From a virus, in the IMG/VR virus record IMGVR_UViG_3300012205_000277, positions 27,830-91,829 of that record: DNA of 64,000 nt; one strand, 5' to 3'. Each line of letters starts with the position of its first letter. The stretch's first letter is position 1. Positions 56,437 through 64,000 of the stretch are shown one piece after another. The notes under the pieces were generated by a model. That model was not told where the DNA came from. It searched no databases and worked only from the letters and a program-made list of their open reading frames with translations. The translations under genes were made by a program, and so were the position numbers.

Positions 56437-56910
56437 AAATCTGTTTTTAATGCCAAAATTATCCGTCTGTGAATGACAGTTCGGACATGCAAATCGTAAA
56501 TTTTCGGGACGGTCATCCCATTTCCATCCGTTCTTATGGTCAACATGGAGCGTCAATGGCTTGTTGTTCCAAACTGGAAGTTGACCACAAATTTCACATT
56601 TATATTCTCGTCCACTATCCCTCAGTGCGCGTCTTCGTCGCGGTGCTCGTACGGGCTCAGCATTTTGGTCATGTAATATCAAAATTTCTTGCCAAGGTTG
56701 TTTTGGAGAACCACCTTTATATCTCAGCCCGCAATTGGCGGCTTGTCCTAAAAAATGAGTTGTGTCAATTTCCAGTCGCGCGATGCGTCGTTTTAGATAT
56801 AAGTATGAACCGCCAGCAATTCGTAGACCAAGCCGAACCATAACCTGTGCCATTGACGTACTCGGTTTTACGGCATCTTGAAGCATTTCCTTACTGTATT
56901 TTGAATGCAT
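56377..56910 (-). CDS. HNH endonuclease in the tRNA array
   Basis: YKCEICG..WNNKPLTLHVDHKNG..DDRPENLRFACPNCHSQT. Confidence 0.92.
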   Translation of the reverse strand: MHSKYSKEMLQDAVKPSTSMAQVMVRLGLRIAGGSYLYLKRRIARLEIDTTHFLGQAANCGLRYKGGSPKQPWQEILILHDQNAEPVRAPRRRRALRDSGREYKCEICGQLPVWNNKPLTLHVDHKNGWKWDDRPENLRFACPNCHSQTDNFGIKNRFAGVAELPDASASKADALAA

Positions 56911-56944
56911 TTTAAATCTCCATTCCGTCAAGGGCCCGAACTCT

Positions 56945-57020
56945 TGGTGGGCGGAGTTGGTCTCGAACCAACCGCCGCAGCCTTATCAAGACTGTGCTCT
57001 ACCTGATGAGCTATCCGCCC
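56945..57020 (-). tRNA. tRNA-Ile(GAT)
   Basis: Loop TTGATAA, CCA. Confidence 0.9.
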
Positions 57021-57031
57021 ACAAAATCTTT

Positions 57032-57106
57032 TGGCAGGCCCGGAGAGACTCGAACTCTCGTTAACGGGTTTGGAGGCCGTTGTCCTAGCCGCTAGACGAC
57101 AGACCT
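57032..57106 (-). tRNA. tRNA-Trp(CCA)
   Basis: Loop CTCCAAA, CCA. Confidence 0.88.
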
Positions 57107-57113
57107 GCCGAAC

Positions 57114-57187
57114 TGGAGCGGACGCGGAGGATCGAACTCCGTTGTTCACCTTGGAAGAGTGATACCCAACCAATGGGCCACGCCCGC
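57114..57187 (-). tRNA. tRNA-Gly(TCC)
   Basis: GCGGGCG acceptor, loop CTTCCAA, TCCA end. Confidence 0.88.
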
Positions 57188-57191
57188 AAAC

Positions 57192-57265
57192 TGGAGCGGA
57201 TGAGCGGAATCGAACCGCTGTACCGAGAATGGCGTTCTCGGGTCTTTCCACTAGACGACACCCGC
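57192..57265 (-). tRNA. tRNA-Gly(GCC)
   Basis: CGAGA-ACGCCAT-TCTCG, TCCA end. Confidence 0.85.
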
Positions 57266-57329
57266 CAAGATCTTCACCGGATTGCCGCTGTCGCGCCTCC
57301 TTAACGCCGCCGATCCGGTTACTGCAACT

Positions 57330-57404
57330 TGGGGCCGAGTGAGAGATTCGAACTCCCGACGCGCAGTTTACAGAACTGCCGTTCTACCGCTGAACTAACC
57401 CGGC
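57330..57404 (-). tRNA. tRNA-Thr(TGT)
   Basis: GCAGT-TCTGTAA-ACTGC, CCA. Confidence 0.82.
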
Positions 57405-57410
57405 GAAATT

Positions 57411-57487
57411 TGGGGCCAGGAGAGAGAGTCGAACTCTCGTCTTCGCATTACCAATGCGATGCTCTAAACCGACTGAGCTATCCCGGC
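57411..57487 (-). tRNA. tRNA-Thr(GGT)
   Basis: TCGCA-TTGGTAA-TGCGA, CCA. Confidence 0.92.
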
Positions 57488-57672
57488 AAACTAGTACGGC
57501 CCTATGCTGCCAGCAGCTACTCTGCCGGCAACCGGCTCGCGCTCCTCGATCCAGAGCAGGATATCGCCAAGAACAGCAAGCAACATCTTCTCGCGCTCCG
57601 GTCCCGCTGGCAGATCGTGGATCCGATTGTATTTCTCCCGGATGTCTTTTGCCGTCATGGTTGCCTCCAATT

Positions 57673-57747
57673 TGGAGCTGGCTCGCGGACTCGAACCGCG
57701 GTCCTGGCGTTACGAGTGCCGAACTCTGCCCGTTGAGCTAAGCCAGC
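57673..57747 (-). tRNA. tRNA-Thr(CGT)
   Basis: Loop CTCGTAA, CCA. Confidence 0.85.
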
Positions 57748-57757
57748 AAAAAACTTT

Positions 57758-57833
57758 TGGTTCCCCGGGTTGGCCTCGAACCAACATTTCAAGATCCAGA
57801 ATCTCGCGTCCTGCCTACTTGAACGACCGGGGA
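57758..57833 (-). tRNA. tRNA-Gln(CTG)
   Basis: Loop TTCTGGA, CCA. Confidence 0.88.
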
Positions 57834-57846
57834 AGTGACGCAAACA

Positions 57847-57920
57847 TGGATGGGAGGCAGGGATTCGAACCCCGATACTGAGATCCAAAATCTCAAGTCC
57901 TGCCGTTGGACGACCTCCCA
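57847..57920 (-). tRNA. tRNA-Gln(TTG)
   Basis: TGAGA-TTTTGGA-TCTCA, CCA. Confidence 0.9.
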
Positions 57921-57925
57921 AAACT

Positions 57926-58001
57926 TGGTGGGACCGGCGAGACTCGAACTCGCGCTAGTCCGCTTAAAAGGCGGATGCTTTACCATCTAAGCTACGGTCC
58001 C
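57926..58001 (-). tRNA. tRNA-Lys(TTT)
   Basis: TCCGC-CTTTTAA-GCGGA, CCA. Confidence 0.92.
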
Positions 58002-58002
58002 G

Positions 58003-58076
58003 TACCCCGAATCAGAATCGAACTGACATCTCAGCCTTGAAAGGGCCGTGTGCTAAACCGTTTGCACCATCGGGGC
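58003..58076 (-). tRNA. tRNA-Glu(TTC)
   Basis: Loop CTTTCAA; no encoded CCA; abuts tRNA-Lys. Confidence 0.88.
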
Positions 58077-58088
58077 ATTGCACAAAAT

Positions 58089-58164
58089 TGGTCGCCGCGG
58101 TGGGATTTTAACCCACGATCCCTTCTACCCGAAAGAAGTGCCTTGAACGCTAGGCCACGCGGCG
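58089..58164 (-). tRNA. tRNA-Pro(CGG)
   Basis: CTTCT-TTCGGGT-AGAAG, CCA. Confidence 0.85.
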
Positions 58165-58168
58165 GAAC

Positions 58169-58245
58169 TGGTGGCATCGGTCGGATTCGAACCGACAATC
58201 TCTTGCTCCCAAAGCAAGCGGGTTGAACCGTTTCCCTACGACGCC
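58169..58245 (-). tRNA. tRNA-Pro(TGG)
   Basis: CTTGC-TTTGGGA-GCAAG, CCA. Confidence 0.88.
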
Positions 58246-58254
58246 AATAAATTT

Positions 58255-58330
58255 TGGGGCGACGGATGAGAGTCGAACTCACTAGAAGATGCTCCACAGG
58301 CATCCGCCTCACCGTTTGGCTTCCGTCACC
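58255..58330 (-). tRNA. tRNA-His(GTG)
   Basis: GATGC-CTGTGGA-GCATC; G-1/C73; CCA. Confidence 0.9.
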
Positions 58331-58368
58331 ACAGAAACTCCATTCCGCTCAACACAACTTTAAAAATC

Positions 58369-58444
58369 TGGTGGACGCGATCGGATTCGAACCGACTGCC
58401 TCGGGGATGCAAAGCCCGCGCTCTCCCAAGTGAGCTACGCGCCC
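58369..58444 (-). tRNA. tRNA-Ala(TGC)
   Basis: G3:U70 pair, loop TTTGCAT, CCA. Confidence 0.92.
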
Positions 58445-58486
58445 AAACTAGACTAGCACGACTGGGAACTTATGGGGAAAGTTTAT

Positions 58487-58741
58487 TTATATTTTCCCTG
58501 ACGGGAATTCTTTCGAGGACGTCGGCTGGACATATCGGGTGAGTGGGTAAGCTATGAGCAGTTCATTCCGGCCAACGGAGAAGTTGGCGCCATGCCGATT
58601 GGCATCGGGATTGGGATTCGGCTGAATATGATTCGCCGGCGAGACCGGGCCGTTCACAAAAGCGTTGCCGGCCACAGCAATGACGCCAACGCGTGAATCC
58701 AAAACTGGATTTCGGAAATCTGGTTGACTGTAATTCGGCAT
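58487..58741 (-). CDS. Small NxxQxDxR-repeat protein
   Basis: MPNYSQPDFR...LLIAYPLTRYVQP; GGAGG RBS. Confidence 0.75.
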   Translation of the reverse strand: MPNYSQPDFRNPVLDSRVGVIAVAGNAFVNGPVSPANHIQPNPNPDANRHGANFSVGRNELLIAYPLTRYVQPTSSKEFPSGKI

Positions 58742-58750
58742 TTCATCCTC

Positions 58751-59023
58751 CTAATGGGGATTGTTGCTTGTTCCCATCGGCCCTTTTAGCCCGCTGACGT
58801 TTGTCTGAATATTTGGCTGAACGTACGCAGGCAGCGGCCATGTCAAAGCGATCGGGTTTTTCGTTGCCGTTCCCGGCGTTGGCACGATCGTCGGCTTTCG
58901 GTAATCGACTTGCGAATGATTGCCGGCGTGTGCAGGTCCTGGTATCAACGCATTGATGCCTGTCTGAACCGTTATTTGCGAATTTTTTCGAGTATCAGTA
59001 TCGGGTTGAATGTAATTTCCCAT
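58751..59023 (-). CDS. Small NxxQxDxR-repeat protein
   Basis: MGNYIQPD..NHSQVDYR..LTWPLPAYVQP. Confidence 0.75.
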   Translation of the reverse strand: MGNYIQPDTDTRKNSQITVQTGINALIPGPAHAGNHSQVDYRKPTIVPTPGTATKNPIALTWPLPAYVQPNIQTNVSGLKGPMGTSNNPH

Positions 59024-59031
59024 GCGACCCT

Positions 59032-59301
59032 CTATGGTTGATTGTATCGCGGGATCGGCCAGCTCAAAAGCAATACGTTCGTGCCGACAGGATAAGTCGC
59101 TACTAGAGGACTTGTATCCGGATCGCGGTAATCGTTTTGCGTGTAATTTGGCGGTCGGCTGGAATCGAGAATCTCCAACGGATTTAATTTTGCCGGATGA
59201 TCCTCTGTCAGCGGGCTTAAAGGGGCGCGATAATCGGTCTGTGTGCTATTGCCGGACCAGGTCCCACTGTTCAAGCCCATTGGATTTAAATTGAAGGACA
59301 C
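59032..59301 (-). CDS. Small NxxQxDxR-repeat protein
   Basis: NSTQTDYR..PPNYTQNDYR..SPLVATYPVGTNVLLLSWPIPRYNQP; GTG start after GGAG. Confidence 0.75.
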   Translation of the reverse strand: MSFNLNPMGLNSGTWSGNSTQTDYRAPLSPLTEDHPAKLNPLEILDSSRPPNYTQNDYRDPDTSPLVATYPVGTNVLLLSWPIPRYNQP

Positions 59302-59314
59302 GTATCTCCACTAT

Positions 59315-59389
59315 GCCGTTCCTGCCTTGCCACGTTCGGGACTTACCCTGCCAATGCTCGTCGGGACTGGCCGTGCCTAGACTTGCCGT
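59315..59389 (-). repeat. 5-nt-period array upstream of the 59301 start
   Basis: gccgttcctgccttgcc head, then ttcgg gactt accct gccaa tgctc gtcgg gactg gccgt gccta gactt gccgt. Confidence 0.75.
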
Positions 59390-59458
59390 ATTTAGGCTCA
59401 CACATTAACCGAACACTGTCAACACTTTCTTGCGGCCTAAGTTTATAGTTAAGAGTGT

Positions 59459-60205
59459 TTATTTCGGCTCTTCATGCTTGGGAAGTGGCCAGGTCAATAG
59501 CAACATGTTTGAGCCAACCGGATAAGTTGCAACTAATGGAGAAATTTGGGGTGAACGATAATCTGGCTGTTGAAAATTTGGCGGCCAGCGCGGCGCTGCT
59601 ATAGGTGCCGTGCCAATCACGAATGAAGCTGCCAGGTCCGCCACCAGGCCGCTGAGACTGACCTCGCCGCTATAAGGGTTACCGCCGGTGCTCGCGGATC
59701 CGGCGGTTCCTACGATGGCGGCCGATGCGCTCATGCTGATGATATTGGAAGGTGCAAGATCCGCGTTCCCGGCGAATGTCCCCGAGACTGGCATTGTGCT
59801 GGAAGTGGAGTGCGCGACTACAGCAGCGCCGGTTAGCGTCGACAGACTAGCGATCGTGTTTGCAGCTGCATCGGTAAGAGCAGCGGCGCCGTCTAGGGAC
59901 ATGGAACAAAATAAAAGATCGCCGGCGAATTCACTGAATGCGGCATTGGCACCAAGAGCCTCTGAAATCGGCATCGTGAGAACCACGGAAGGAGTGACTC
60001 CAGCCGCGCCTGTCAGCGCCAGGGAGACAACCTCAGTCATTATTGTTGTATTGGAGACGTCGACTGCTCCGGCAAGTGTTTCGGTAACCGGAATCGTGGA
60101 GACGCCAAGATCAGAAATGTCCGAGGTCCCGGCGAGATAGATCGAGGCAGAGTAATATCTTGCCCAGCGTTCACGCTGTTGATTCAGGATTGCTGCAGTA
60201 GGCAA
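59459..60205 (-). CDS. Ala/Ser/Thr-rich repetitive, probably virion, protein with a C-terminal QPDYR module
   Basis: Periodic L.G.A repeats; C-terminus PPNFQQPDYRSPQISPLVATYPVGSNMLLLTWPLP. Confidence 0.65.
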   Translation of the reverse strand: MPTAAILNQQRERWARYYSASIYLAGTSDISDLGVSTIPVTETLAGAVDVSNTTIMTEVVSLALTGAAGVTPSVVLTMPISEALGANAAFSEFAGDLLFCSMSLDGAAALTDAAANTIASLSTLTGAAVVAHSTSSTMPVSGTFAGNADLAPSNIISMSASAAIVGTAGSASTGGNPYSGEVSLSGLVADLAASFVIGTAPIAAPRWPPNFQQPDYRSPQISPLVATYPVGSNMLLLTWPLPKHEEPK

Positions 60206-60208
60206 ATT

Positions 60209-60979
60209 TTAGCGCTCAAACCAACCAATCTCAGGCAAATACTGAGGTGCCGGAGATACCGAAGTGCAGTTTGGAAACCAGATGTAAAACAATGCAGAAT
60301 GTCCTGGTCCAATCACTACTGGTGGCAATGGAACAGGAATGACATTCGCATTGGCTACTACGATGTTCCCTTGCGAACCGCCTTCCACCCCGCCGAAGTT
60401 AAAGAATTTCTGTTCCCCTACCACATCTACAACCGTGGCCGATACGACCGGGCGAACTGTCCTTTGGCCAACTAGGAGCCGGGCCTTAGCAGAAGCGCCT
60501 ATAGCGGTTAAAGCTCCAAAATAAACTACCGCAACAGATGCAAGAGGCAAATCCATGTTTGGAGATACTGCGGCTGCTAATTGGCTACCACCTGAGGACC
60601 ACCTTAGAATGTTATCGATCGCAAGCCCAACCGCTATTTGCCCGGCAGCGGTATCTGTTCCGGCGGCAGTTGTAATCAAGTTAATATAATCCAAATATAA
60701 TCTTTTCCCGCCAGGAGAATCCTGATTTTGAACGATGATGACAGGCGCCGTAGCGGAATAGGCCACACCCGTGTTAGTCAAAGCCCCGGTCTGTGCGTTA
60801 TTCGCGATGAAGTAAGAACCTTCATCGGCCAACAAATGCGACTTGCGAATGTAGGATAAGACCGTGCCTTCACCATACCGGCCAAATCGCTGTGCAACGT
60901 CTACGTTTTGCGAATCCGGATTCATGGCCGGCATGATCCGGCTGACTAGTCCTCTGAGTAGAGCTTGCGGTGAAAGCAT
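60209..60979 (-). CDS. Probable virion structural beta-protein
   Basis: G/A/T/V-rich; SPGGKRLYLDYI, PVVIGPGHS, EIGWFER end; AAGGA RBS. Confidence 0.6.
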   Translation of the reverse strand: MLSPQALLRGLVSRIMPAMNPDSQNVDVAQRFGRYGEGTVLSYIRKSHLLADEGSYFIANNAQTGALTNTGVAYSATAPVIIVQNQDSPGGKRLYLDYINLITTAAGTDTAAGQIAVGLAIDNILRWSSGGSQLAAAVSPNMDLPLASVAVVYFGALTAIGASAKARLLVGQRTVRPVVSATVVDVVGEQKFFNFGGVEGGSQGNIVVANANVIPVPLPPVVIGPGHSALFYIWFPNCTSVSPAPQYLPEIGWFER

Positions 60980-60989
60980 GGCTATCCTT

Positions 60990-61238
60990 TCAGAACGCTA
61001 AGAAATTGGGAATCTCCGGCAGCGGGATGAATCCGCCTGTTTGCATCATGTGTTGCCCCATGATGGCGTAGTTCTGCGCCCGGATTTCCCGTAAAAGATT
61101 TGCGAGCGGCATCAGGGAATCCTGGATGTCCATTGTCTCGCGGCGCAAGTCCTGTTGGGTTGCGTAATCGGTGCCGAGCAACACTGAATCGAGGACCGCA
61201 TCGACTGTTGCAGGATTTTGATATTTAAGATTTGCCAT
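60990..61238 (-). CDS. Hypothetical protein in the structural block
   Basis: AGGAG RBS; tight packing. Confidence 0.65.
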   Translation of the reverse strand: MANLKYQNPATVDAVLDSVLLGTDYATQQDLRRETMDIQDSLMPLANLLREIRAQNYAIMGQHMMQTGGFIPLPEIPNFLAF

Positions 61239-61246
61239 TCAAACTC

Positions 61247-61900
61247 CTATACAGTCGCCGTTATGGTCGCATTGAGCGTGTCACCGCTCAACACCGATCG
61301 CGCAGCAGCAAAATCAGCCTCGCCATAGAGCTTCCCGGCCGTGCCGCTCTTGACGTTGCTGGTGCTCAAGAACGCCCCACGCACGGTAAGCGTGGCATTG
61401 ATATTGAAGATGGCCGGCGAAGCGGAATTATCGATCGACCCACCCGCCGCGGTTCCACCAGTCCAGGTTACGCGATTGGCGTTCGAATAAGGGACGCCCT
61501 CAAGCCAACCATTCGTGCCGTTGATTTGTGCGGCCACGTCGCCGGCCGCATAGGCGGTAAACGATGCATTGTTCACGAGGCCCACATAGAACGCAGCCGT
61601 ATAGCCCGAGCCCTTGAGGTAGTTTGTCAGCAGGTCGTTCTTGCCTTCGGTCGTGACCAGATTCTCAATGGCCACTTCCCAGGCCACGAATGCATTGCGG
61701 CAGCGGATTTGGTCCTGCGCATCCGCGTGGAGAGATTCCGGCAGCAGTCGATACATCCGGCAGCCGGCACAATCGCAGCCTTCGGGCCTGCGCATGTTTA
61801 CGACATGCCAGAAATTTTCCGCTATTGTTTGGATTCGTGCAGCAGTGCCAATGATTAATCTAGAGCTGGTTGAGGCTTCCGACTTTCCGCTGATATCCAT
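61247..61900 (-). CDS. Probable tail-associated structural protein
   Basis: ENLVTTEGKNDLL..FYVGL..YSNANRVTW..FNINAT..GAFL..GKLY..RSVLSGDTLN; AGGAGG RBS. Confidence 0.7.
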   Translation of the reverse strand: MDISGKSEASTSSRLIIGTAARIQTIAENFWHVVNMRRPEGCDCAGCRMYRLLPESLHADAQDQIRCRNAFVAWEVAIENLVTTEGKNDLLTNYLKGSGYTAAFYVGLVNNASFTAYAAGDVAAQINGTNGWLEGVPYSNANRVTWTGGTAAGGSIDNSASPAIFNINATLTVRGAFLSTSNVKSGTAGKLYGEADFAAARSVLSGDTLNATITATV

Positions 61901-62047
61901 GCCCCTCCTGCAGGAGGGATGGGCCGCTGGCGCTGAGGCCCAGCCCGCTCGGCGCCGCAGAACGATCGGTACCGGAAATACCGACGCCTCTCTCCATCCC
62001 CTGTTCCAGTTTCCGGTGGCCCCGTTCACATTGCAAGCGAATCTTGA

Positions 62048-62299
62048 TTAGCCGCCAGCACCAACCGCTTGTGGCACTTCGCTGAAATCCACATAGAAGA
62101 ACTTGCCAAGCTGGAGGAATTCTACCGCAAGTGGATTGTCGATCGTCAAGGAGATGGACCCGGAAGGCGTCGCTTTGGCGAAGCGTTGATCCTCTGGAAT
62201 CGAGGTGTCGTATTGCGGCTGAAGCTCGATGACCGTTCCGCCCCAGGATGTCTTTTTCACGCCTTGCACTTGGAACTTTGCGCGGACTTTCTGGCCCAT
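62048..62299 (-). CDS. Conserved small phage protein
   Basis: VRAKF..EDQRFAKATPSGSISLTIDNP..GKFFYVDF; GGAGG RBS. Confidence 0.8.
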   Translation of the reverse strand: MGQKVRAKFQVQGVKKTSWGGTVIELQPQYDTSIPEDQRFAKATPSGSISLTIDNPLAVEFLQLGKFFYVDFSEVPQAVGAGG

Positions 62300-62318
62300 G
62301 GTGGACCTCCAGGAAATT

Positions 62319-62390
62319 TTGCGGGGAAGCGAATTGAACGCTTTATCTTTGGGTTATGAGCCCAACGGATTACCGTTTTCCCGCCCCGCA
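62319..62390 (-). tRNA. Initiator-type tRNA-fMet(CAT)
   Basis: TTGGG-CTCATAA-CCCAA (three G-C pairs); TGCGGGG/CCCCGCA acceptor; no encoded CCA. Confidence 0.8.
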
Positions 62391-62684
62391 GCAGAAGTTT
62401 AGCACATTATAAATAGTTTCAATCTGTTTTCTTCCTATCGGTGCGCCGCGCTTCGTCTTGCGCTTTCAAGACCGGGCAGCCAGCGGGAATGTTCATAACC
62501 ATACCCATGTGCTTTTCGCACGATTTGCGCCGATAGAATTGCCATTTGCAGTAAGGACATTGCCAGCAGGTTCGCGCTGCTCCAGTTGAATCGTTGCCGA
62601 GGAATATATGAATCGGCCGTACATCGGCATCCGTCCATGGCTTTGCTGGCTTGCACGGAATCGTGATGCAGAGCTCTTCGGCCA

Positions 62685-63068
62685 TTATTGCATCGCTTGC
62701 CACGGAAATTTGTGCGGGTCTTCCTGGAGAACATGGGCGGCGGCTTCGCAAAGCGCCATGCCGGCCAGTTGGTTCGTGGGAGGCTCCCAGAGCGCATCTG
62801 CTCCCCATTCGGCATAGGTCTCAACGGCTACGCCGCGCCAACTCAATTGGCTGCGCAGTTCGCGAATCCGTAGCGCGCGCTGATAGCTCATGCCGGCACA
62901 GGCGATCACGTCAAATTCCAGCTTCCGTTCGCGAGCGAGGGCGGCGAGTTCTTTCAACTTTTCCAGTGTAACGATCGTGCCGGGAGCTTCGATCAGGGTA
63001 CGGTGTTCCGCTTCTCCCATACGGGTATCGTTGGTGATTAAGGTTCTCTTTTCTTCGTGGTCGATCAT
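62685..63068 (-). CDS. Hypothetical protein
   Basis: ATGA coupling; SWRGVA..W.PPTNQLAGMALCEAAA. Confidence 0.65.
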   Translation of the reverse strand: MIDHEEKRTLITNDTRMGEAEHRTLIEAPGTIVTLEKLKELAALARERKLEFDVIACAGMSYQRALRIRELRSQLSWRGVAVETYAEWGADALWEPPTNQLAGMALCEAAAHVLQEDPHKFPWQAMQ

Positions 63069-63302
63069 GGGGATGCTTGACCAGCCCTCTCAGGAAGTAA
63101 TTTTGGCAGGTCGTTTGGAGCATAGCGGCTGTTCCAGAGGTAATGCTGAAGTTCGTTTTTAAGATATGGCGCATGGCCAGTGAACATGATCGAGGCCACG
63201 CAACCTAGAGCTTCATCAAGGCACAAGCGGTCTTCCCAGAATTCGCCGTATCGGACCAGCCAGCCATTGTCCTGCTTCTCAAGTACTATGCGGATGCCCA
63301 TG

Positions 63303-63815
63303 CTATTTGCCATCCCATCCCGGTACCGGGATTTCCCCGCGGACTTCATGCTTGGCGACGCTCATGCCGGTTGCCGGATGCTCTTTCATGGCCCGATCGT
63401 ACAGCACGACGTTGACCGCGGCGGAAAGATTCAGGCAATGAAATGACGGGATATGGACAAAGGAGAAACACAGGCGGCGAATTACCTGCGGGACGCTCCC
63501 ATCCTCCGGGCCGAAGACGTAAACCGCGTTGTCCGGGTGCACAAAATCAGGCAGCGCAATCGAGTCCGGATGAATCTCGATGCACACCGGGAAAGCATTC
63601 TTGAAATGATCGAAGGGCCGGTCGCTGTGAATCCAGGTTACATCGCGGTAACCTTTCATTCTCTCTTCGCGCGGCAAACGATCGTACTGCGATGGATCCA
63701 CCCGCGAACCGGTCCAGAACAAGGTAGGAACGCCAAAGCAGGAACACGCCCGGATCGTCGCCGCCACATTGTGGGGATGCCGAGGATTGATCAGAATGAT
63801 GCCAGGAGGATTCAT
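63303..63815 (-). CDS. SpoU/TrmH-family (SPOUT) RNA 2'-O-methyltransferase
   Basis: NPRHPHNVAATIRACSCFG (motif 1), VFGPEDGS (motif 2), IPSFHCLNLSAAVNVVLYDR (motif 3). Confidence 0.92.
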   Translation of the reverse strand: MNPPGIILINPRHPHNVAATIRACSCFGVPTLFWTGSRVDPSQYDRLPREERMKGYRDVTWIHSDRPFDHFKNAFPVCIEIHPDSIALPDFVHPDNAVYVFGPEDGSVPQVIRRLCFSFVHIPSFHCLNLSAAVNVVLYDRAMKEHPATGMSVAKHEVRGEIPVPGWDGK

Positions 63816-64000
63816 ACCGAACTATGCGATTCCTTTACGCGATCAGCGTTAAGTTTTTTGAAAGACTCGAACATCTCTTCGCCCCAAAAAAGCAATGCCA
63901 ATTGCCGTAGGGCGTAATCAAATCCTGGACGCGACAACGCTAGTTCAGCAAGCGCCAAGAGAATCAACTGACGACCTTCTTCGCTGAGTTCAACTTTCAT

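Noticed and set aside
57270-57325. ACCGGAT/ATCCGGT-bounded element as an extra tRNA
   Set aside because: No T loop, anticodon arm or CCA; too little evidence to call.
54594-58312. Track ORFs lying across tRNAs (e.g. 54656, 56928, 57329, 57789, 58031)
   Set aside because: They are chance translations of tRNA sequence.
53786-58444. CRISPR array suggested by recurring TTCGAA/TGG motifs
   Set aside because: These are tRNA T loops and CCA ends. There are no identical repeats with spacers and no cas genes.
59032-59600. Diversity-generating retroelement TR/VR pair (similar 3' ends of 59032 and 59459)
   Set aside because: The similarity is at protein level with synonymous differences, not adenine-specific, and there is no reverse transcriptase in the window.
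1-64000. Genome-wide amber recoding (genetic code 15)
   Set aside because: Long genes are intact in code 11 and several end at TAG with tight downstream packing (e.g. 865, 38056, 58751, 59032). I saw an internal TAG only in the Pth gene. Late genes outside the window cannot be judged.

Overview
The whole window reads as part of a large tailed dsDNA phage or prophage genome. It has densely packed small ORFs, no host housekeeping operons and no rRNA. From left to right: (1) a leftward replication module (DnaB helicase, helicase loader, initiator) and a repeat-rich non-coding region that may be an origin or genome end; (2) terminase small and large subunits on opposite strands; (3) rightward accessory genes; (4) about 33 kb of leftward early/middle genes, including PurA-like synthetase, vWA protein, DUF5131 plus methyltransferase, clamp-loader-like AAA+, ParB, WGR-DNA ligase, Ku, an AAA/DUF1257/DUF2997/DUF3150 cluster and several HNH nucleases; (5) an array of 30 tRNAs plus a separate initiator tRNA; (6) probable virion proteins and a SpoU RNA methyltransferase. 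The best candidate for an undescribed system is at 11182-11756. A promoter drives an apparently leaderless PTH2/PTRHD1-like peptidyl-tRNA hydrolase gene with an in-frame amber stop at codon 3 (ATG ACC TAG). The gene runs without a stop into three tandem CCA-ending tRNA or tRNA-like genes whose anticodon loops centre on CUA. Other strong unexplained patterns are a C-terminal R-x-I-x-L-(E/D) tag on at least 7 unrelated proteins, six intergenic arrays with 5-nt periodicity (several beside promoters or terminators), and four tandem proteins sharing N-x-x-Q-x-D-Y-R repeats. All family calls come from motif recognition by eye; no searches were run.
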